Below, one piece after another: positions 53,863 through 64,000 of a stretch of 64,000 nt of DNA (positions are counted from its first letter, which is position 1; the number at the start of each line of letters is the position of its first letter). A program made the position numbers and the translations under genes. This DNA is from Hormiphora californensis. Its lineage: Eukaryota; Animalia; Ctenophora. The notes beneath the pieces are model-generated. The model did not search any database and was not told the origin of the DNA. It saw nothing but the letters and a program-made list of their open reading frames with translations. The stretch spans positions 5,704,001-5,768,000 of the forward strand of contig CM035356.1 of NCBI GenBank assembly GCA_020137815.1, in the 5' to 3' direction.

Positions 53863-53966
53863 TTAATAACTTAAAACAAAGAAACCTAGCCATATATATA
53901 GGATATCAATCTGCTTGTGAATAGGAGCTGCCGTAGAAAGGAAGAAACATACATCCACAGTCCACA

Positions 53967-54107
<141 letters not shown>

Positions 54108-54568
54108 CCACACACACATCCACACACATCCACAGTCCAAACACACACCAAATTCTGACGTCACGGAACAAGGACTTGTAGAAAAGAAGTGCGTATCAAC
54201 TTTCCATGGCGGCCTATATTATATATTTAGAAACGGACGACAATGGTACTACCACTTCCATAACGTGCAGTAATCAACAAGCAACAAGAACAACACACAC
54301 ACACACACACACGCACACACACGCACACACACACAAAATAAACAAAACGGCAGTAGATGCAGAGACTCTATAATCGGTTCGTTAGAATGAATCGTTTATT
54401 TTACAGTTGTATAGAATCACGAAGTTCAGAAACTGAGAGGAGTTCTTCGACAGACTATTTTTGAGAGAACATCCAAGAAGTTCACCGTGTGACTGGGTAG
54501 TTCATACAAAGGTTGATCTGCCGAACCCTCACATCACAGTGTGAGCTACACAAAACAGAGAGAAAGTA

Positions 54569-54740
54569 CAGTCGGACCCCGATTTACCGGGCCCCGATTT
54601 ACCGGAACCCCGATTTACCGGGAAGATAAACTTCCCCCGATATGGGAAAATAACGATATTTGACCCTGATATACCGGGCACCCCGATTTACCGGGCAAAA
54701 CTCTTTCCCCCGAGCATCCCGGTAAATCGGGGTCCGACTG
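54569..54740. mobile_element. Tc1/mariner(pogo)-type MITE, TA TSD
   Basis: TA-CAGTCGGACCCCGATTTACCGGG ... CCCGGTAAATCGGGGTCCGACTG-TA; internal CCCCGATTTACCGG repeats. Confidence 0.88.
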
Positions 54741-54978
54741 TATAACTGTAGTTCTTCTTGGGAAATATTTCTTCCAATATTCAGCATTTAATGAGACAGC
54801 TACATGTGTAAAGGCAAATGAGACAAAAGAAAGAGAAGAGAATAGGGGGAGGGTTGTGCTGTTGCACCTCCCCCGCGCCCCGGGGGGGGGGGGGGGGCAC
54901 GGGATTTATTTTAATAAAAAAAAAATAATAGTATGAACAATACAAGGGGAGGGGGGATGTGTGATTGTAAACTTGTGT

Positions 54979-55299
54979 AGGGGGGGGGGGGTGACACGTA
55001 ACACTTTGTAACACTTTGTAACATGTAACGTGCACAAAATATTTTCTGCACATGTTACAAAGTGTTACAAGCGTTACAAAGTGTTACAAAGTGTTACAAA
55101 ATGTTGCAAAATGTTGCAAAATGTTGCAAAAAATGCCCATTTTGTAACATTTTGTAACACTTTGTAACATTTTGTTACACTTTGTAACATTTTGTAACAC
55201 TTTGTAACACTTTGTAACACTTTGTAACATGTAACGTGCACAAAAAGTTTTCTGCACATGTTACAAAGTGTTACAAAGTGTTACGTGTCACCCCCCCCT
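54979..55299. mobile_element. foldback element with 10-bp TTTGTAACAC internal repeats and G/C-run ends
   Basis: AGGGG..GTGACACGTAACACTTTG ... CAAAGTGTTACGTGTCACCCCCCCCT. Confidence 0.75.
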
Positions 55300-55471
55300 T
55301 GTGTAGTTTCATTGAATGCAGCTAGCGGTAATTACAATTCATGTGATTCAAAACACAAAATTAGCATAATATACCGCCGTGAACGATCAATATATGGGGT
55401 CATTATATCACAATTGAGAGTTGAGGGAAGAAAAAACATCTACGTTCATGGGATATGAACCATATGAACTA

Positions 55472-56346
55472 CCGTGTGCGGCAAAAAAAATGCCCCCCCT
55501 AGACCACCATAGTTGCCGATGTGGTGGAGAGCTGTAACTTGGCAGGGTTGCTCCACTATGTCTATCTTGATCCTGACAGAAAAATCAGAGCTCTAGCTCA
55601 AAATTCATTTTTTTGATAGGAATGAACATTGTCATTCATTCCAAGAAAAAAATATTTTCGGTCCAGAATTCAAGCAATTATCTTTGGCCATCGATTAGCT
55701 TTCCAATGTGACCAAGATCATCTAAATTGGGCAACCACAAGAGACACAGTGTCATGTTTCTTAAAGTTAGTCAGGTCATGTGATCTTCACCGAATCGTTG
55801 ATTATCCGGGATTGCTAATCGAGCCAATGGGCAGAGGAATCTCGTATCACGGCCGCTAATGAGGTATGTGTACCAATACAGGGTAATGTGATTCGAGGAA
55901 AGAGGACATTTATCAAAGAGCTACAGATCTCATGACCAATCAGCATCGTCATCCCTCATTAGTAGCCGTGATACGTGATTCTCTACCACTTAGACCGATT
56001 CGTAATACTGAACACTCAACGATTCGGTGAAGATCACATGACCTGACTAACTTTAAGAAACATGACACTGTGTCTCTTGTGGTTGCCCAATTTAGATGAT
56101 CTTGGTCACATTGGAAAGCTAATCGATGGCCAAAGATAATTGCTTGAATTCTGGACCGAAAATATTTTTTTCTTGGAATGAATGACAATGTTCATTCCTA
56201 TCAAAAAAAATGAATTTTGAGCTAGAGCTCTGATTTTTCTGTCAGGATCAAGATAGACATAGTGGAGCAACCCTGCCAAGTTACAGCTCTCCACCACATC
56301 GGCAACTATGGTGGTCTAGGGGGGGCATTTTTTTTGCCGCACACGG
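55472..56346. mobile_element. 875-bp palindromic MITE, TA TSD
   Basis: TA-CCGTGTGCGGCAAAAA ... TTTTTGCCGCACACGG-TA with ~330-bp arms. Confidence 0.9.
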
Positions 56347-56962
56347 TATATCCCATCATATGGGGATATGGGATATGGGGTCATCGAACCAACTATTCAA
56401 CGATCAATTTATCTAGATTTTTTATACGGGGACATCACTTGAGGGAATCCTTTGACAGTAAACCAGCTAAACTCCTACTAGCAGCAATACCAATTTTCCG
56501 TTGTGCCATACCGAACTTTAGAGATGATATCATGTCCTCTCCCGCTGAACGGTGCCTTGCCAGTAGGTCAGGAAACGTCCGAATTTCCTGGAATTTTACA
56601 TGGTTATACAAAAAGTAAATCTACACAAACCTTACAAAACCTTAAATTTTTGTGCGTGTATCCTACAACCCGGTAGACCTGCCAGTAAACCTTGACTTGA
56701 GCCTACTGCATTTCTTTGCACCTTTCGTTTTCCAGTGGGGAGTTTCAACACCAATTTCCAGAAATACAATTCTGTTTAATAAACAATTCAAACGCTCGAT
56801 TTGACAGTAAAGTTTAATTTGGCGAATTGATTGATGTCAAGTTTAAACAACGATATCTTGGTTAATAATTTAAGGGATTTTGGTAAAGTTTTCTGTGAAA
56901 CTGTCTGTTGTTGCTGCAATACTTGACTTTACGTCACCCGGTCGCTTGTAGTGGGAAAACGG

Positions 56963-57720
56963 TAGGGTAAGCTGGGGTGAAATGGCCCGCGGGGTAAAGT
57001 GGCCCATGTATGGGGCAAAGTGGCCCTAGTTATTACATGTGGTCACGTGACTTTTTCTCCAGCGGAGACCTGCTCGTTCTGTTCCGAATTTTCGCTTTAA
57101 AACTGCTGCCATTTCTGTTTGGGTTGGCCGATTTTAATTTTGCAAAAAACTGCCAGTTAGGCTTTATAATTCTCTAAAACGTGGTATAAAAATTTTTGAA
57201 GAAATTGGCATTTTTGTTGTCTTAATTGTCAATTTTGTGAAATTGGGGCGAATATGGCCCACTCTCCGGGGCAAAGTGGTCCGGTCTGGGGCAAAGTGGC
57301 CCACCTCTAGGACCAATGAAATGGCGCCTGCAATACCACGTGACATTGGAATGCACAAAAATGTAGTACAGACGATCAAATTAGGGGCAAAGTGGCCCAT
57401 GTTCCGGTGCAGAACATGGGCCACTTTGCCCCTAGTTTGATCGTTTCGTCTAACAACACCAGGCACGTGATAAAATCGAGCAATGCTATTGGCTTGGGCC
57501 ACTTTGCCCCGGTGCAAATTTTCCAAAAAACGCCTCACCAAATTATTTGAATTGATTAATTAACCCATTAAATAAAACTTGTAGATTTTAAAATTTAGCT
57601 CGGCTGAAAGGAAAAGGTTTCATTGGATAGCCTATATAATTTTTTTCTTCCTGCTGTATAAATTGCGTATTTTAGAACCTGAAACGTTAAAAATGGCCAC
57701 TTTCGCCCCAGCTTACCCTA
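56963..57720. mobile_element. non-autonomous DNA transposon with GGGGCAAAGTGGCCC subterminal repeats
   Basis: TAGGGTAAGCTGGGG ... CCCCAGCTTACCCTA; the motif is repeated in both orientations. Confidence 0.78.
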
Positions 57721-57987
57721 ATGGAAAACGGAGATACGGTAAGAAGACGCACAACGGTGGCCAATCAGTGCGCTAGTACGTGCTGATACATGCACTTTTT
57801 GCCGCATGTTATGAAAAGTCTGTGTCTTATTACTGTAATTCCATTACGGTAATTAAGCGGCAGCGTTACACTAGCTCCTCACAGCAGCAACCGCTAACAT
57901 TTAGCACAGTTCGCAGCTGCAAGGTACTTTGTAGCAGCTGACTAAACTGATATATCTGTGTTAAATGTGAAATATTGAAGGGAATTT

Positions 57988-60683
57988 TCACCATGCTTGG
58001 CAGCAACAAAGAAAAGGGTGGGACAATAATAATAGGATGCAGTACACTGACGGACAAACAAACAAACAAAGCAAGCTTGTGTAACCTGCAGTCCTCTCAT
58101 TTAATTGCTCACGGTGCCCCTTAAGGACGTTCCACCTCGACCGAGTCCCCCAGCAAAACGAACGGTTGTGTGACCTAAAGGGGACCTCTGGGAACTACGG
58201 AGGACCATGGGGGAAAAGATTTAAAAGTAGCCTAAAAAATTAAAACGATAGAAAGATAGCTATCGTTTTTTTCACTTTGAAAATACGACATTTCTTTAAC
58301 AAAATCCTTGATCAGGAAGATGCAAGTGTCTCCCACCTATTTTTTGACGTAGAATCGAATGCCGTTGAAGTCAAATCTCTAAAATGTTAGAAAAATGGTG
58401 AAAATCGCGTTTTTAGGTGTTTTTTGGTGAAAAAAAGCGTTCAAACTGGTACCAGATGATGAGATAGAGTCCCAAAAGTATGAAAAATCGCTTTTTTGGG
58501 ACCTTTTCGCCCTAGAAGCAGATTTTTATGAAAATCTGGTTCAGCGCCTATTCTCTGTATACTTTCAAAGAAGGTGAATATTGCTCTAATTTAGCCAATT
58601 TTGAAGAAAAGTCATCCAAAACAGTACTAGATGATGAGATAGTGGCCCAAAAATATAACTAATCGATTTTTTGGGTCTTTTCCGTCCTAGAAACAAATTT
58701 GCATGGCGGTCGGATGATACGTTTCCTCTCGGTAGGCCTCTGAAGTAGGTGGAAATAGCCAAAATATAGCGATTGCGGCAAATGAATGTGAATAAACGTT
58801 GACCAAACCCACTTCATCATCATGTATGGCTCTTGCATAGTCCAGTAGCCCAGAGATAGGTCATACATGATGCTAAAGTGGGTTTGGTCAACGTTTATTC
58901 AGTTATTCACATTCATTTGCCGCAATCGCTATATTTTGGCTATTTCCACCTACTTCAGAGGCCTACCGAGAGGAAACGTATCATCCGACCGCCATGCAAA
59001 TTTGTTTCTAGGACGGAAAAGACCCAAAAAATCGATTAGTTATATTTTTGGGCCACTATCTCATCATCTAGTACTGTTTTGGATGACTTTTCTTCAAAAT
59101 TGGCTAAATTAGTGCAATATTCACCTTCTTTGAAAGTATACAGAGAATAGGCGCTGAACCAGATTTTCATAAAAATCTGCTTCTAGGGCGAAAAGGTCCC
59201 AAAAAAGCGATTTTTCATACTTTTGGGACTCTATCTCATCATCTGGTACCAGTTTGAACGCTTTTTTCACCAAAAAACACCTAAAAACGCGATTTTCACC
59301 ATTTTTCTAACATTTTAGAGATTTGACTTCAACGGCATTCGATTCTACGTCAAAAAATAGGTGGGAGACACTTGCATCTTCCTGATCAAGGATTTTGTTA
59401 AAGAAATGTCGTATTTTCAAAGTGAAAAAAACGATAGCTATCTTTCTATCGTTTTAATTTTTTAGGCTACTTTTAAATCTTTTCCCCCACGGTCCTCCGT
59501 AGTTCCCAGAGGTCCCCTTTAGGTCACACAACCGTTCGTTTTGCTGGGGGACTCGGTCGAGGTGGAACGTCCTTAAGGGGCACCGTGTGCTGTGTAACAG
59601 CTCCGTTGAAAGTAGCAGATAGGATATCCTGCCAACTAACAATAACTTCTGCTGCTGAGAAGGACTCAGGGGAGAGGGAACCAGTGTAGAGGGCTACAAC
59701 TTGGTCAGAAGTTAGGGCAGCTCTCAGCCAGAAGAGATCAGCCAGATGTCCAACGAAGGCTTGGGAAGAATCAAATCCACCTCCATACGTGTCTTGGTCC
59801 TATACATGATGGGGGATGTATTGTTAAAATAAACAGGAGGAGCGTACTGCTGCCCGGATATATTCAAAGTGTCATATATAAGTCAAGAATATAAGTCAAG
59901 AACGGTGTATTTTTCTGCGGGCAGATACAAAAGTAGTAGCAGATGTTATACCTGGCCAATAATGAGAATTCCTGAGTTTCCCATTTCATAATCTTTCTTT
60001 TTATTTGTTTCCGAAATGATAAGTTCTCCATTCAAATAGCCCTTGAGATCTCCCGTAGAACTCGACCAAACACCAACAACATGTATCCACTCATCTGAAA
60101 GTTAATTTGTTGAAACCCATTTTATATAAGGGGGTCGAGCTAAGCAAAAGTTTAATGATATTTTGCCTTGATTGACCTTCTTCACAAATGTTAAGGAGGG
60201 TTAGATGCATTTATTTTAATCTAATTAGTCAATTAATGATATTGATGTTATTCAATTATGTATTTTCAACCTAATAATTTACCTGTTGAGTAGTCATTGC
60301 AGAAGTTACTGACGCTATTGTAATTGTTTCCCACTATCATAAGCCAGTTACAGCTACTCTTAAACCGCAGCCCGAGCTCATTCGTCGACTGAGTCTCGGT
60401 GGCAAAACTCAGAATTGTCCCTAGAGGATTAACAACAGGATAAACAACGATAATATGGTACTAAATCAATAAATAAACAGGAACTTTCGAGAACACTGTT
60501 ACCTAGAGAAGTTTTCTCAATCTTCATCCATGTAGCAATAGTGAGCTCTGTCCAAGGTTCTTGATCCGCTACATCCACGTGGATGTAATTTTTAGAGGAT
60601 TGGGGCGACGGAAATGTCACCATCATCTGACTCGCCGAGATAGGCAGGGCGAGAAGGAGAAATAGCAAGATTTGTAGTATCAT
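57988..60683 (-). CDS. short secreted pentraxin-domain protein A, last large exon interrupted by a MITE
   Basis: Signal peptide; exons 60683-60503, 60420-60283 (TILSFATETQSTNEL), 60094-59952 (EWIHVVGVWSSSTG..ILIIGQ) and 59799-58086 (DQDTYGGGFDSSQAFVGHLADL), matching the pentraxin GQ(D/E)QD-GG-F motif. Confidence 0.88.
58110..59587. mobile_element. 1.48-kb almost perfect palindromic MITE, CAC...GTG ends, 4-bp TSD (Chapaev/CMC-like)
   Basis: TGCT-CACGGTGCCCCTTAAGG ... CCTTAAGGGGCACCGTG-TGCT; the empty site ATTTAATTGCTGTGTAAC is present in the paralog at ~62731. Confidence 0.93.
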
Positions 60684-60804
60684 GTCTATAATGGGAACAC
60701 TGTTAGTTTAATCTGGGCACATGACAATAGTTGGCAAAAAGTACAATACATTTAAAGTTATTGGCAGATAAACAAAATATGGGCAAGTCGAGTTGATTAC
60801 GCTC

Positions 60805-61025
60805 CAGTTACAAATTGGAAACTGAAATTAGGTTGGAAACTGACATTAGGTTGGAAACTGACATCAGTTTCAAGCTGAGAGACTCCTGATGAACTATGCT
60901 GCGCACGTCATCTACGATAACGTGATCGATGTGAATTGCATTGAAAGTAGCGTGCGCATAGTGTCAACACTGCAAGTGTCAACCGGGACCTGGAAACTGA
61001 TATCAGTTTCCAATTCTGTAACTGA
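60805..61025. mobile_element. small MITE-like element upstream of pentraxin A
   Basis: CAGTTACAAATTGGAAACTGA ... TCAGTTTCCAATTCTGTAACTG. Confidence 0.6.
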
Positions 61026-61410
61026 TCCTTTATACTCAAAATAACAAAAATGAGACATGAGTAGAACAGAAGCAATGATTATATATCTCACAAGGAAGTG
61101 GAATTATTATTGACCTACATCTGATGTAGTACATCACACTCTCACCCCACACTGTCTAGTCAAAGATCAACATGGGATTGGAGTTATGTAGAGAGTATAC
61201 TCATTGTTGAATACATTATTGAGGGGCCAACTTGAGGGAACAACTTATGGAAAAGTTCTCGGGTATGTTTAGTAAATATTGTTTACCCTCACGGGAGAAA
61301 AACCGTTATTCCATGGGGAGAATTCGGCGGAATTTAGGCCGAATTCTGCCTCAATGCAAGGACTACAGGGATGCCGGCTGGTTGTGTATCACAAGAGAAA
61401 TTTTAGTATT

Positions 61411-61498
<88 letters not shown>

Positions 61499-62583
61499 CG
61501 CTGCCTCCTTTCCATTCTCACTTGTCAGAGCATTGGCCTGAGCAGCCATTGGGCCTTGGGGGAGCGTGCGAGAACCGTGGGCAGAGCATTGGTCTGATAG
61601 ATTCTCACAATCCACAGGTGCTAGAAATTACTAAGAAAACATCTGCACTGATCCGTTCATAAAACACAACGATTCTTTGTCTTTGTCTTTAAGGGGAAGT
61701 ATGTATTCATCAACTTTTCTACCAGCGTTGACACACTTTCACCATCTCCACCCAGGACAAACTAACACTACACTATAAAGACATCAATATCTAAACAGCT
61801 CAGTATACTCCCTTTCTTTATACTTTTCTCCGTACAACTTTCATCTGATCCCTGTGTGTAGGGAGGGTCTAACAAGAGGGAAGAACAATAGTTCCCTAAT
61901 TATTACCATCAGGGAGTGCCTGGGTAAGCGAACAAAGAACTATGAAACTCTTCTTCTATGGTGTGTGTCAAAGCTAATCGGTTTGACTTCCATAAATTCA
62001 TGGAAGTCAAATCCACTTTAAACAGAAATGTATCAAAGTGATACAAGGACCGTCTACACAATAAATACTAAATAATAGATGAGGGATCATAGCCGTTCAC
62101 CAAGCAGATACACCAACAAACTAGAGGAGTGATTGTCACAAATAGATGAACTTGCAATAAATACTGTCTACTTCATACCAGCCAATACGGTAACGGTGAT
62201 ACTCAAGTTGAAGCCGGAAGCTTCGTAGGCTCGCAATGATCTTGGTACGTGTAAAAGCTAACAAAGAACAACTATACAATATTGTTACTACTCTCTCTCT
62301 CCATCTCTGTCTCTCTTTGTCTCTCTCTTTCTCTGGCTCTCTTGACCTCTCTCCCATCAACTATCTTGGCCTATTAATAGACCATCCTATTGTTTTGATA
62401 CCAAACCTTCCCGCCTTCCTCTTGTTTTCTCGCAAGCCTCATGATAAGTAACAAAGTAGTGATCTACGTAATAGCTATGAGGTCATCGGATACCCATATC
62501 ACTATCTCATCAAGAGGAAGTAGTTCACCTGACTAAACTATCGATGACGTACCTCCAGTGGTCACATTGTATCATTGGCTATA

Positions 62584-63621
62584 TCAGCATATATCTGAGT
62601 TACATTTACTTTGCAAGGTAGGGGGAATGAATGGGGGGGGGGGTGAGTGAATGAATGAATGAAAGGGTGATCATCATGAAAGGGTGATCATCATGAAAGG
62701 GTGATCATATCCCATAATACCTTTCTCATCATTTAATTGCTGTGTAACAGCTCCATAAGAAGTAGCAGATAGGATATCCTGCCAACTAACAATAACTTCT
62801 CCTGCTGCGAAGGACTCAGGGGAGAGGGAACCAGTGTAGAGGGCTACAACTTGATCAGAAGTTAGGGCGGTCCTCAGCCAGAAGAGGTCTGTCATTTCAC
62901 CCGCAAACGCTTGGTTGGTTTCGAACCCACCTCCGTACGTGTCCTGGTCCTAGGTAGGGAAGAAAAGGGAAGTTAAAGTAATTTTATTGCTCATAAACAA
63001 AACTTCGTTGGTCCAACTGATATTATTTAATCCATTCGTGACCCACTACCCAGTATTTACCTGACCGATAATCAATATTCCTTCATTTTTCATCTCGTAA
63101 CCCTTCCGTATAGTTTCGTTGACAACAAGTTCTCCATTAACATATCCACGGGCCTCTCCTGTTGCACTGGACCATACCCCAGCGAGGTGTATCCACTCAC
63201 CTGAGAGAGGTTGCTTAGCAACAAAACCAGAAATTCTTATCAATCAAATCAACTGAGAGTTTCGGTTGCCAAGCAACAAAAAACGTATTTATTCTTACTA
63301 AATCAACATACCAAGTTTGACGTCTCCACAAAGGGATGTTGTGAGGGCTTGACTATTATTAATCGTAAGTCTAAATTGACAATCCGTTTTAAACCAGAGA
63401 GTTATCTCGACTTCATTCTCCTTGTTAGCATAGCTGAATATCGCAGGTTTTTTATCGGTGGTGTAGTTGACCCATCCAGCGACAGTAAATTCCTGCCACT
63501 GATCGTCTTGGTTGATATCCAGTCGAATGTAGTTTTCCGTGGATTGGGGCAGTGGGTAGGAAATAATCCGAGCAGTTGAAGTGGGCATCAGGGCCGCCAG
63601 AAGAACTAGGAGCAAAAACAT
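62584..63621 (-). CDS. short secreted pentraxin-domain protein B
   Basis: Exons 63621-63312 (signal peptide, FTVAGW..AIFSYA..E), 63200-63061 (EWIHLAGVWSSATG..ILIIGQ), 62949-62721 (DQDTYGGGFETNQAFAGEMTDL) and 62594-62584 (DIC*). Confidence 0.9.
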
Positions 63622-64000
63622 AGCTAACAGAGGATTTCAAACGTTAAAAGCAAGAATCGGGAAACTGTGGAGGTGTATAGCTAGACAATAGATGCAGACA
63701 ATGCAAGCTAGGGGAAACAGAACGCTAGGAAATAGAGAGGAGATAGAGAGGAGATAGAGAGGAAACTTTGTTCTAGACTCTCGTTTCTACAAATAACCGG
63801 GTTTTGTTTATACTCTCTGTAGTCTGTACTGAGGTCTGTATTGAAACATTAGAGTGAGATCATCCTGACGTCTCTTCAAGCCCCAGATAACTCGAGTACA
63901 CTGTCACCAGCATTAGAACTCGTTATAGTCGAGTGAATTCTGTGAGACCAATGCTCTGACAGAGGGAACTCGATAAACATAGCAAGAGGAAAACTATAGT

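Overview
Eukaryotic (animal) genomic DNA, AT-rich, with short GT-AG introns and dense microsatellites, minisatellites and palindromic MITEs. It is probably a ctenophore (Pleurobrachia-like); this is an inference from my recollection of the abundant 109-bp hAT MITE, not a database result. From left to right: (1) a minus-strand multi-exon RNF25-like RING E3 gene (3862->17158) with a long RGG/N/H/Q tail, whose ~7.85-kb intron holds three progressively divergent plus-strand actin/actin-like genes; (2) two tandem, frameshifted BTB/POZ genes; (3) COMMD3; (4) an integrin-linked kinase (ILK) gene (~29.2-41.7 kb) with introns inflated by tandem copies of its own splice sites; (5) inside an ILK intron on the opposite strand, a 3-exon, 77-aa secreted prepropeptide absent from the ORF track (signal peptide, acidic pro-region, RVRR, 27-aa 4-Cys mature peptide), with tRNA-Thr(AGT) just downstream of its stop codon; (6) exons of an unknown gene and of an AGPAT/LPGAT-like gene; (7) two tandem short pentraxins. 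A 21-bp dyad motif (TGTCAG-AGCATTGGC-CTGACA) is dispersed 9 times without shared flanks. Several stretches (~19.4-20.4, 41.4-42.9, 44.5-45.6 kb) look like low-quality, homopolymer-inflated consensus. All exon models were read by eye.
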